Shown here: in pieces, positions 27,641-36,275 of the stretch
Layout of the letters: each line of letters opens with the position of its first letter
How positions within the stretch are numbered: the first letter of the stretch is position 1
Assembly (NCBI GenBank): GCA_029820995.1
Contig: JALGUG010000001.1
Location: forward strand, 36 to 64,035
DNA length: 64,000 nt
Source of the DNA: Candidatus Zipacnadia bacterium
Lineage (GTDB): Bacteria > Armatimonadota > Zipacnadia > JALGUG01
Direction: 5' to 3'
The notes under the pieces: generated by a model
Told to the model about the DNA's origin: nothing
Databases searched by the model: none
What the model saw: only the letters and a program-made list of their open reading frames with translations
Made by a program: the position numbers and the translations under genes

Positions 27641-29434
27641 ATGGACCTGCCGGCTCTTTCGGTCTTGGTTGTGTCCGACCCTAACCCGGATGCCGACGAA
27701 CTTCGGTCAGCGCTGGAGGCCGAACACTGCACCGTTGTCGCGGCAGCCAGTTTTGGCGACGCCCTCAAATACACCCGCAGCCGTGATCTGGACCTGATTT
27801 TCATCAGCAGCACTCTCCAAAACCCGGACTGCTTTGCCATGTGCGGCCTGATCAAGACGGATCTGGCGGCGGACGAGGCTCCTGTCGTCCTGCTTTGCCG
27901 CGATGCCAGCCCTGAGCTCAAGGCGCGCGCCTGGTCGGCCGGTCTCGATGATTTCCTCGTGTGCCCGATCGTCCGCGAAGACCTGCTGGCGCGGCTTACC
28001 TGGGTCGTTCGCCACCGTGATATCCGCAGTCGTTTGGAGGCGACTCGTACCCGCGAAGCTATCGTCCTGGGCCACATTCAGGACGCCATCTTCGTGCTCG
28101 AAGCCGACACGCTCCGTGTCACCGAGGTCAATCCGCACGCGGCCCAGATACTCAACTACTCTCAACAAGAAATCTTGAACCGACCGTTCACCGACTTCTG
28201 CGATCTGCACGGTGCAGGCTTGCGCAGCGCCCAGCTCTTGAGCCTGAAACCGAAGCAAGAGCTGAACGCGCCCGATGTTCGCCTGCTGCCCGCTCCGGCC
28301 GGCGTGGTGCGTGCTCAATTGAACGCCGTGGGAGCAGTCATGGGCGGACGGCGCCAAGTTGTCGTCACCTGCCGAGACAATCAGACCAAGCGCGAGTTGG
28401 ACTTCGCCATCAAGCGGCGCAACCGTGAGCTGTCCTCACTCAACACAATCAGCACAATCGTCAGTCGTTCCCTGGAACTCGATGGCTCGTTGCCCGAGCT
28501 AATGCCGCGCATCGCCGACGCCGTGGGGTCTGAGGGCGTCTTGATCTGCCTGGTGAATCGCGAGACTCACGATCTGGAGCCCAAACACAGCACAGGGCGT
28601 CTGTCCGCGCTCCAGGAGCAAGACCCGCAGCTTGCGGTCCGTCTGTGCCAACATGTGGCCCAAACGGAGAAGCCCCTGGTCGTTCTGCGCGAGGCCTGCC
28701 ATGACCCGCGCCTGGACTTCGTGGACCCCGAGAAACTCCCCCTCTCCTCGTACATCGGCGTGCCCCTCATGTCGGAGGAGCATCTGTTCGGGGTTCTGTT
28801 TGCCGTCACCTTTGAGGAATCCGGGCGCATTTTTGAGCAAGAGAACGCGGACCTGCTCACCTCAATCGGGCGCCAACTGGCAATGGCAATTCGCAATGCC
28901 GAGCTGTACCGCGAGGCCGAACGGCGCGCGGTCACCGATGCCTTGACCGGCCTGGCCAACCGGGGCGCCTTGATGACCCGTCTGGAGGAAGAGATCCAGC
29001 GCGCCTTCCGCTACCGGCGGGACCTGGCCCTGATCATGTGCGACCTGAACCGGTTCAAGCAGGTCAACGACACGCGCGGCCACCTGGTCGGTGATCTGGC
29101 TCTCAAGAAGGTCGCCCAGATCCTTCAGGCCTCTTGCCGCGCCTCCGATATGGTCGCCCGCTACGGGGGCGACGAGTATGTGGTTCTGCTACCGGAGACC
29201 GCGGCCGGCGGCGCGATGCAGGTCGCGCGCCGAATCAAGGAGCTGACTGCCCAGGCGGTGCTGCAGCCCGAAGGGCAAGCACCGCTGGAGTTGAGCCTCA
29301 GCCTGGGTGTCGCCATCCTAAGACCGACGGCTTCCACGCCCGACGAACTGCTCGCCGCGGCAGACCACGCGCTCTATGAGGCCAAGCGCGGCGGTCCCAA
29401 CCCCTGTTTGGCCGTGGCCGCTAGAGCTCAATGA
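27641..29434 (+). CDS. Response regulator-diguanylate cyclase (REC-PAS-GAF-GGDEF)
   Basis: 597 aa. It has a receiver domain (LDLIFISS), PAS and GAF segments, and a GGDEF domain with the active site RYGGDEY. An RxxD I-site (RASD) lies 5 residues upstream. Confidence 0.85.
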   Translation: MDLPALSVLVVSDPNPDADELRSALEAEHCTVVAAASFGDALKYTRSRDLDLIFISSTLQNPDCFAMCGLIKTDLAADEAPVVLLCRDASPELKARAWSAGLDDFLVCPIVREDLLARLTWVVRHRDIRSRLEATRTREAIVLGHIQDAIFVLEADTLRVTEVNPHAAQILNYSQQEILNRPFTDFCDLHGAGLRSAQLLSLKPKQELNAPDVRLLPAPAGVVRAQLNAVGAVMGGRRQVVVTCRDNQTKRELDFAIKRRNRELSSLNTISTIVSRSLELDGSLPELMPRIADAVGSEGVLICLVNRETHDLEPKHSTGRLSALQEQDPQLAVRLCQHVAQTEKPLVVLREACHDPRLDFVDPEKLPLSSYIGVPLMSEEHLFGVLFAVTFEESGRIFEQENADLLTSIGRQLAMAIRNAELYREAERRAVTDALTGLANRGALMTRLEEEIQRAFRYRRDLALIMCDLNRFKQVNDTRGHLVGDLALKKVAQILQASCRASDMVARYGGDEYVVLLPETAAGGAMQVARRIKELTAQAVLQPEGQAPLELSLSLGVAILRPTASTPDELLAAADHALYEAKRGGPNPCLAVAARAQ

Positions 29435-30215
29435 TCCGGCGCATGGCCTGCGCTGTATCCTCCAGCGAGGCCAGGCCGGTGCTGACCTCCGAGATCACGT
29501 AGTCGTCGTAGCCCGCCCGACGCAACTCCCGCATCACCGCGGCAAAGTCCACATCCCCCTCCAGCAGCGGCTTCCACTCGTAGCCTTGGCGCTGGAAGTC
29601 CTTCAAGTGCACCTTCTTGATGCGCGGCCCCAGGATCCTGATCCACTGCTCCGGATAGCCCCAGATCATCATATTCCCGGTATCATGATAGTTGCCGACG
29701 AAGGGGCTGTCCACATTGTCCAGGAACTGGGCCGTTTCGAGGGGGCTAAGCAGGAACTTGTTCCACACGTTCTCGACCGCAATACTGACCTGCGCGGCTT
29801 CAGCATCCTTGCGAACCGCGCGCAGGGCATCAAACACCCGCTCATAGACGTAATCGTACTCGTTCGTCTCCGTCACGCGCCCCGGCACGACGAGCACGGT
29901 ATTGGCGCCGAGTCCCTGCGCGCACCGCAGCAGCGCCCGCACCACATCCTGTGCGCTATTCCACACGGCATCATCGGGGCTGGAGAGATCATAGCCTTCG
30001 CTGACCCTCGGGCACAGACTGGGAATCTCCACGCCGACCTCGGTCGCCATGGCCTTGGCCTCGGCCAGGTCCGCCTCGGAGGCCTTCGGCGAGATCGGCC
30101 CCTCATCGCACATCAAAGCTTCCAGACCGTCGTATCCCGCTTTCTTGGTCGCCTCCAGTGCCTCGCGCAGCGACCACTCGCGCGGCATGACCAACTGAGT
30201 GACACCGATCTTCAT
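29421..30215 (-). CDS. Sugar phosphate isomerase/epimerase (xylose isomerase-like TIM barrel)
   Basis: 264 aa with family motifs (VVPG, AVENV, YHDTGN, KDF). It overlaps the convergent GGDEF gene by 14 nt. Confidence 0.75.
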   Translation of the reverse strand: MKIGVTQLVMPREWSLREALEATKKAGYDGLEALMCDEGPISPKASEADLAEAKAMATEVGVEIPSLCPRVSEGYDLSSPDDAVWNSAQDVVRALLRCAQGLGANTVLVVPGRVTETNEYDYVYERVFDALRAVRKDAEAAQVSIAVENVWNKFLLSPLETAQFLDNVDSPFVGNYHDTGNMMIWGYPEQWIRILGPRIKKVHLKDFQRQGYEWKPLLEGDVDFAAVMRELRRAGYDDYVISEVSTGLASLEDTAQAMRRIIEL

Positions 30216-30429
30216 GGCGCGTCGCTCCTTGTGAAGTTAACCTTCGGATCCGCGGCCGCCGGGGGCGGGTCCCATCCATCCGCCCCAAACTGGTTGGCCG
30301 CGCGTACCGCCTCCGACCATTTCCGGAGACCCGCTCGGGCAGAGGGTTCGCCCTGAAGGTGCGCCTCCCTCCCTGCGCGAACACAGTGCCGGGAGCGATT
30401 CGTTCGGACGCCCCGACGAGGTGACCGCC

Positions 30430-31383
30430 ATGACGGTTCAGGAGCTGCTGGATTTGGCCATTGCGGAGGGGATCAACCTGGACCCCCGGGGGCGCGCTGC
30501 GGTGGAGGGTGAGCTTGCCGCACTGCGCGCGGAGTACGAGGCGCTCGACGGCGAGGAGCGCCGGTTGTTCGACCCCGAGCGGCTCACGAACCCCTTCGGC
30601 GACACTCGACTGGTATGCGGCGATCCGCAAACGGAGATCACGGGCATGGTGGTGGGCATTGACATCGCCGGCCCGGAGATCCTGCTCGCCGACGCGCTCC
30701 GTCGCCAGGGACGCCCAATTAACGTCGTATTCGCGCATCATACCTCGGGCCTGGCGTACGCCATGGCCAGCGCGCACGACACCATGTGGGTACAGGTGCA
30801 GATGATGACCGAGGTCGGCGTCCCGGCGCATGTCGCCGAGGCGATCGTGACGGAGGACATCAAGGCGCGGCCCCGAGGCAGTGACTTCCGCGCGCCGCAG
30901 ATTGCCGAGGCTCTCGGTTTGCCGCTTTTCTCCATCCACACCCCGGCGGATTACCACATGCTCCAGTTCCTGCGCGAGCTGCTGGGCCGCGAGGAGATTA
31001 AGACCGTGGGCGAACTGGTGGACGCCATCAAGGCCATCCCTGAGGTGGAGTACTATCTTGAGCGCCACATTGACCCCGAAATCCTGGCCGTGGGGGACCG
31101 TAAGCGTTCGCTCGGACCCGTGTACATCGTCGCCGCAGGCGGATGGAACCCTTCTCCCGCCGCCATGGAGGCCCTGTGCCAGGCCGGGGTCGGGACCTTC
31201 ATGATGCTTGCCGCCGGCAACGACTTACGCGACATCGCCCGCCGGCACCATGCGGCCATTGTCATCGTCCCGCACTATCCGGCGGACGACATCGGCCTGA
31301 ACCTGCTACTCGACAAGGCCCTGACACGCGCGACATTCGAGATTGTGCCTTGCTCGAACTTCTTCCGCGTGAGTCGCGCGTAA
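30430..31383 (+). CDS. NIF3 (DUF34)-like dinuclear-metal-centre family protein
   Basis: ORF 30421..31383, with the ATG at 30430 after GAGGTG. It has NIF3-like motifs: VVFAHHTSG, FSIHTPAD, and a C-terminal VIVPHYPADDIG. Confidence 0.55.
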   Translation: MTVQELLDLAIAEGINLDPRGRAAVEGELAALRAEYEALDGEERRLFDPERLTNPFGDTRLVCGDPQTEITGMVVGIDIAGPEILLADALRRQGRPINVVFAHHTSGLAYAMASAHDTMWVQVQMMTEVGVPAHVAEAIVTEDIKARPRGSDFRAPQIAEALGLPLFSIHTPADYHMLQFLRELLGREEIKTVGELVDAIKAIPEVEYYLERHIDPEILAVGDRKRSLGPVYIVAAGGWNPSPAAMEALCQAGVGTFMMLAAGNDLRDIARRHHAAIVIVPHYPADDIGLNLLLDKALTRATFEIVPCSNFFRVSRA

Positions 31384-31456
31384 CGGACCGGGCTTGCTTG
31401 GACGTCCGCAGTGCGAGACGGCCTCCTGTGCCGCCGAAGCGTCCGCCCCGACCGCC

Positions 31457-32743
31457 CTAGCGTCGTGCTTGCGCCTCCTGGCCCACTTCGACCAGCAGCT
31501 CGCCCGCCAGCTCAAGGGCGACCACCGTCGCTCCGGGCCCATGCCGCTCCAGGGCCAAGTCGAGGGCTTCCTGCGCGGTCGCCGCGGGCGTCAGCTTGAG
31601 CCGGCGGATCTCCTCAACCGATATGCCGGGCGATACGAGTACGAGCTCGATGCGTTCGGCCGCGTCCTGGGACACCAGAGCCGCGTGCGCCGCCGCAGTC
31701 ACGTCCGTGTACTCCCCTGCAGCTACCATCCGCTGAATCTCGGCAACCGGCCGGTATCCGTACTGCAGCACTTCCGGGTGCCGCTGCGAGACGCCCTCGG
31801 GACAGGGCGTGACCATGATCGCGGTCCCGCCGGTACGACAGGCCGCCGCCAGCGGAAAGACCGCCTTCGCCGCCTGCCAGAGGTCAATGTCCACCGGGTA
31901 CGAGGCACCGATGGAGATGTCGGCAGCCCGCGGTAGCGGCGCCCGCGCGATCTCCCGCGCGATCTTGGCCCCGGCGCGGTGGGCCTCAATCGGGTCCCCG
32001 GCAAAGCACGCCACGGTCTGCCGCCGGGCGTTCAACACGGCATTCACAATGAACTTCAGCCCGGTGCGCAGCGCGACGCTGTCAATCTCTGCGCGAATCG
32101 GATTGTCCCGGACACCGATTACATTGCGAATGCCATACGGAACGCTGGCCCAATGCGTCTGGGCCGTCGTGGTCGCTCCGCAGACGCCCGGCTGGATCGC
32201 CTTGCCACCGCCCGTGAAACCGGCGATGCGGTGCGGCGCGATGTGCCCAATGGACAAGAGCAGCCCCGCCTCGTACGCGAGCTTGCTGACCGAGATCTCC
32301 GTCCCGCCGGGCGTCTTTCCCAGGTCAACCAGCTTCGCCGGGTCGCGGCAGTCATGGTTGATGACCTCGAACCGGCGCGAGATCTCGGCGCCCAGGTGCT
32401 GCTCGATCTCCTCGGGGGTCATGGCGCGATGCGTTCCCAGCCCCAGCAGGAACTTGATCTGCGCCTCCGAGGCCCCACCGGCCAACAGCTCCTCAGCGAC
32501 CAGCGGCGCCGCGACTTGCAGCGGCGTATGACGGGTGAGATCGTCCACCACGACCACGATCTCGCCCCGGTCCGGCACCAGGTCGCGCAGGCGGGGGGAG
32601 CCGATCGGTGTGACCAACGCCTCGGCGATAATCTGCTCGGCACTGGCCGGAGCCGGCCGGGGCTGCGGGCGCAGTACGGCCCGGAGGTTTTCGTCGGGGA
32701 TCTGGACGCCCGGAATGCCCCGGTACGGAAACTCAAGCCTCAT
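31457..32743 (-). CDS. LarA-family protein (nickel-pincer-dependent lactate racemase homologue; DUF2088 N-terminal domain)
   Basis: 428 aa. It contains VVVDDLTRHTP, GLGTHR and GHIAPH..AGFTGG.K, typical of LarA-like enzymes. It is translationally coupled to the upstream gene (TGAGGAGCGCGCATG). Confidence 0.7.
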   Translation of the reverse strand: MRLEFPYRGIPGVQIPDENLRAVLRPQPRPAPASAEQIIAEALVTPIGSPRLRDLVPDRGEIVVVVDDLTRHTPLQVAAPLVAEELLAGGASEAQIKFLLGLGTHRAMTPEEIEQHLGAEISRRFEVINHDCRDPAKLVDLGKTPGGTEISVSKLAYEAGLLLSIGHIAPHRIAGFTGGGKAIQPGVCGATTTAQTHWASVPYGIRNVIGVRDNPIRAEIDSVALRTGLKFIVNAVLNARRQTVACFAGDPIEAHRAGAKIAREIARAPLPRAADISIGASYPVDIDLWQAAKAVFPLAAACRTGGTAIMVTPCPEGVSQRHPEVLQYGYRPVAEIQRMVAAGEYTDVTAAAHAALVSQDAAERIELVLVSPGISVEEIRRLKLTPAATAQEALDLALERHGPGATVVALELAGELLVEVGQEAQARR

Positions 32744-32752
32744 GCGCGCTCC

Positions 32753-33805
32753 TCAAGGCAGGATGACCACCTTGAGCGCCTGCTCCTCTGCCTTGTGGGT
32801 GACCGTCTCGAAGGCTCGCGCGATATCGTCCAGACCGAACCGGTGCGTGATCATCGGAGCGACCTCGATCCGACCAGTCGCCAGCAGGTCCAGGCCTGTT
32901 TGGTAATCGCGGTAGTAATTGTTGCTCGACGTCGTGATCGAGCGTTCGCCGGAGAAGAAGCTCTCGCCCAGATCTAAGCCCCCTGCCGCACCCGCGAGGA
33001 ATACCGCGGTGCCGCCCTTGGCCAACGCGTCCAGGGCGCTCTGCTGCGCGGTCCGCAATCCGGTCGTCTCAAAGACAGCCTCGGCCCCCCAGCCATTGGT
33101 AGCCTCGCGCACCGCTTCCGCCACGTTCTCCGCCCGGGCGTCAACCACGCGGTCCGCCCCCAGCCTCTCCCCGACCTCCAACGGCTTCTCGTACACGTCC
33201 GCCACGATGGTGCAGCGCGCCCCCAGGGCCCGGCATACTTGCTGAATGGAAAGCCCGATGGGCCCGCCGCCCATGACCAGCGCCGCATCGCCCGGCCTCA
33301 ACCCGGACCGGTGCACGGCGTGGACCGCAACGCCCAACCCGTCCAGGAAGGTGGCCTCTTCGAAGCTGACGTGGTCGGGGAGCTCATAGACCTTGTCCTC
33401 CCACACGGGCATGAGTTCGGCCATGCCACCGGGGTTGTACTGGTAGCTCTCCCAGCCGGCGCCGTGGCCCAGGTGGGCCGTGTTCGGGCAGAGGTTGTGC
33501 CGCCCCGTGCGGCACAGGCGGCACTTTTCGCAGACTTTGAAGGCCAGAGCGCTGCACCGGATCGTCCTGTCGCCGAGCTGCGCCTCGCCGGCCACTTCGT
33601 GACCGAGGATCATATTGGGCGGATTGGGCTTGCGGTAGCCCAGAGTGTGCTGCGACCAGGGATTGTCGCCATGGAAGTACCGAATGTCGCTCCCGCAGAC
33701 GCCGCAGGCCCGAACCCGCATCACGATCTCTCCCGCCGCCGGTACGGGGTCGGGGATCTGCTGCACGACCAATCTCTCCGGCTCCTGCAGGATGGCCGCC
33801 TTCAT
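32753..33805 (-). CDS. Zinc-dependent medium-chain dehydrogenase/reductase (sorbitol/threonine dehydrogenase-like)
   Basis: 350 aa. It has the catalytic-Zn region CGVCGSDIRYF...GHE.AG, the structural-Zn cluster C..C..C......C (CEKCRLCRTGRHNLC), and the Rossmann motif VMGGGPIGL. Confidence 0.85.
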   Translation of the reverse strand: MKAAILQEPERLVVQQIPDPVPAAGEIVMRVRACGVCGSDIRYFHGDNPWSQHTLGYRKPNPPNMILGHEVAGEAQLGDRTIRCSALAFKVCEKCRLCRTGRHNLCPNTAHLGHGAGWESYQYNPGGMAELMPVWEDKVYELPDHVSFEEATFLDGLGVAVHAVHRSGLRPGDAALVMGGGPIGLSIQQVCRALGARCTIVADVYEKPLEVGERLGADRVVDARAENVAEAVREATNGWGAEAVFETTGLRTAQQSALDALAKGGTAVFLAGAAGGLDLGESFFSGERSITTSSNNYYRDYQTGLDLLATGRIEVAPMITHRFGLDDIARAFETVTHKAEEQALKVVILP

Positions 33806-33910
33806 CTTGCTACCAGAACGAACCGGACGGAGCCGTCTGCCTCGGGCTACGATGACCGCCGGTCCACCGCGCTTCTACCGATCCGTCCGCAGACAAAGCC
33901 CGCCCTCTTC

Positions 33911-34672
33911 TCACCGACTGCGCCGACGCTTGCGGCCCGGGGTCGAGCGTTTCCGTCGGCGTGCCTGCGTCTGCATCCCAATCAGAGCGGCGCGCGCCTG
34001 GCGGGAGAAGCGTCCCCGGCGGTGATGGCGCAGGTATCGCCAGTACTCCTCCCGCGCCTTCCGCTGGTTGCCCAGCTTCTGCCAGCAAACGGCGAGGCCG
34101 TACTGCGCCTCCTCCAGGTCCGGTGCGACTGTGAGCGCCGCCTCATACCTGTCTCGGGCATCCGCCCAGTGCTTCTTCCCAGCCAACTCCTCCGCCTCAT
34201 CCAACGCCGCCAGAGCCTGTCGGCGCGCACGGGACAGAATCGCAGTGCGACCGCTGTAGTAGACCGCTGCCAGCGGCACCCCAAACACGACAGCCCACAC
34301 CGTCTCTCGCAACAGAGGCCTGCCGTAGTCCGCATTCAACTGGGTCATGGCCCAGGCATGTAGCTTCAGGCCATACACGAGCCCGCAAGCGAACATGATG
34401 CCGACCCACAGGATGGCCGCCTCGCGGTCTTTGAGGCCGCCCTTGACCCAGCTTCCCACGGCCAACAGCGCCAAACTGCTGACCAGGATCGCGGTCAGCA
34501 ACCTATCCGGCGCCGGCCGGGGCAACGACAGCAGCACCACCAGGATCGCCCAGCACAGGTACGCCCCGATAACGCAGGCCCGCCTGATTAGCAGCCGCTG
34601 GGAGCAGGTTGCGATAGGGCGCAAGTAGACGTTGCGGTCTAACCAGCCGTCGCTCTCGCGTATCGCAGTCAT
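33911..34672 (-). CDS. Membrane protein with a C-terminal TPR-like segment
   Basis: 253 aa. It has about 4 hydrophobic helices, then ...WADARDRYEAALTVAPDLEEAQYGLAVCWQKLGNQRKAREEY, and ends in a very basic tail. Confidence 0.55.
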   Translation of the reverse strand: MTAIRESDGWLDRNVYLRPIATCSQRLLIRRACVIGAYLCWAILVVLLSLPRPAPDRLLTAILVSSLALLAVGSWVKGGLKDREAAILWVGIMFACGLVYGLKLHAWAMTQLNADYGRPLLRETVWAVVFGVPLAAVYYSGRTAILSRARRQALAALDEAEELAGKKHWADARDRYEAALTVAPDLEEAQYGLAVCWQKLGNQRKAREEYWRYLRHHRRGRFSRQARAALIGMQTQARRRKRSTPGRKRRRSR

Positions 34673-34911
34673 GATTGCCGACGAGGAAAGGGAATACAGC
34701 CATTGTAGCGGTCGGCCAGCCAGCCGTCAAGCTTTGCCGGCTGCGCCGCCGGCATCCGGAATCACGTCCGCCGCCGCACTTTGTCGCGCTTCCCCGATGG
34801 GTCGAATTTGCGTGACTCTTCCCGTTCCACCTGCCAACCACCTTGCCGCCCTGAGAGAGAGTGGAGACCCGTAGCCAATCGAAACACCCGTACCAACACG
34901 CGGCACCGTGC

Positions 34912-34941
34912 TTGCTCGGCTGGTTAGTTCCGTGCTACACT
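34912..34941 (+). promoter_or_regulatory. Candidate sigma70-type promoter for the Kelch-repeat gene
   Basis: TTGCTC (34912-34917), an 18-nt spacer, then TACACT (34936-34941). It would give a leader of about 115 nt containing the long-range stem at 34951-35040. Confidence 0.3.
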
Positions 34942-35063
34942 GTCCGCGCGCCGCGGGGAAGCTGGAGCCACGTCGGGAAGGGTGCTGTTCTGTATTCGGC
35001 TGCCGCCTGTGCGCCAGGGGCGAGGCCTGAGCTTCCCGCGCCGCCGACCACACAGGTGACCCC

Positions 35064-36140
35064 ATGCCACTAGAGCAACGCTTGACAGGCTCTGTCCTCG
35101 GCTTGCCGTTGCAGGGATGCCGTTCGGCGCTCCTGCGGGCGCTGCTTGCAGTGCTGGCTTGGCCGCTCATCGCGTCCCCGCCCGTCTGCGCCCAGCCGAG
35201 GCTCACTTGGCAGGAGCTGCCTCCGCTGCCCATCGGCCGTGGCGGGCACGCCTCAGCCTGGCTCGCCAATCGCCTGCTCATTGTGGGCGGGAGCTTCTGG
35301 CGCGATGAGCAGAAGCATTGGATGAGCAGCGTGGAGAGCCTCGATCCGGCCGGGCGGCGTTGGAGCCACCTCGGCGAGCTACCCGTGCCCGTGGGGTACG
35401 CCGCATACGGCACTTACCGAGATGCTCTGTACCTGGCCGGCGGATCGGACGGCGACCACGACCTTGCCTCGGTGTGGGCCATCCGGGTTCAGTCGGACGG
35501 TTTGCACGTCGCTCCCTGTACACCGCTGCCTGAACCCCGCATCTACGCCCGGGGCGCCGTGATCGGAGACACTCTGTACGTTTTCGGCGGCGCACGCGAT
35601 CACGCCGACCTCTCGACGGCCACCAACACGCTGTTCGCCGCACGCCTGACCGGCACGCGCTTGCAGTGGCGTCGGTTTGCGCCTCTGCCCGGCGCCGCTC
35701 GAGCAGTCTGCGCCATGGCGGCCTGCCAGAACCGGCTGTATGTGTTTGGGGGCTGTCGTCTGGATCCCGACGGGAAGCCGCTCAACCTGGCCGACGCGTA
35801 CTGCTATGACCCCGGTGACAACCGCTGGACGCGCCTCTGCGACGCGCCGCGGGCCGCCCGTGGGTGGGACGCCGTGGCGCTCGACGACCGCTATATTGCC
35901 CTGTTGGGAGGCTATACCGCCTCCGCCGAGGAGGCCGCCAGCCATCCGCCCGGCTTCGGGTTCACCGACCGGGTCCTGTTGTACGACATTCGCCGGGATC
36001 GCTACGAGGCCGCCGGGGAGCTGCCGCTGCCCATCATTGGACTGGAGCCGGTGCGGACTGATCGAGTCCTCTACGCCGTCGGCGGCGAGGATGTACAGCG
36101 CCATCGCAGTGCACGTGCTTTTCGTGCCGTTTGGCGCTAG
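35064..36140 (+). CDS. Secreted Kelch-repeat beta-propeller protein
   Basis: 358 aa with a signal-peptide-like N-terminus (...LLAVLAWPLIASPPVCAQP). Kelch-like motifs repeat along it (L.V.GG, YVFGG, W..L..LP). Confidence 0.7.
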   Translation: MPLEQRLTGSVLGLPLQGCRSALLRALLAVLAWPLIASPPVCAQPRLTWQELPPLPIGRGGHASAWLANRLLIVGGSFWRDEQKHWMSSVESLDPAGRRWSHLGELPVPVGYAAYGTYRDALYLAGGSDGDHDLASVWAIRVQSDGLHVAPCTPLPEPRIYARGAVIGDTLYVFGGARDHADLSTATNTLFAARLTGTRLQWRRFAPLPGAARAVCAMAACQNRLYVFGGCRLDPDGKPLNLADAYCYDPGDNRWTRLCDAPRAARGWDAVALDDRYIALLGGYTASAEEAASHPPGFGFTDRVLLYDIRRDRYEAAGELPLPIIGLEPVRTDRVLYAVGGEDVQRHRSARAFRAVWR

Positions 36141-36218
36141 CCGGTCTGCTGCCTCTTCACACCTACACAACACGCCCCGTGTAATTGGCGCGTATAGTTT
36201 CGCCGGTCTCCAAGAAAG

Positions 36219-36246
36219 CTGTGCCGCTGCAAGAGCAGCGGCACAG
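36219..36246 (-). terminator. Rho-independent terminator of rpoC (perfect 12-bp stem)
   Basis: CTGTGCCGCTGC-AAGA-GCAGCGGCACAG is followed on the minus strand by CTTTCTT. It sits 30 nt after the rpoC stop, between convergent genes. Confidence 0.75.
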
Positions 36247-36275
36247 ATCTCCGCGGTCGGTCAGACCACCAAGGG

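Noticed and set aside
34848-34875. A CUGAGAGAGAGUGGAGACCC stretch reminiscent of the TPP-riboswitch CUGAGA motif.
   Set aside because: The rest of the THI-box (ACCUGAUCUGGAUAAUGCCAGCG-like segment) is missing, and the downstream gene is unrelated to thiamine.
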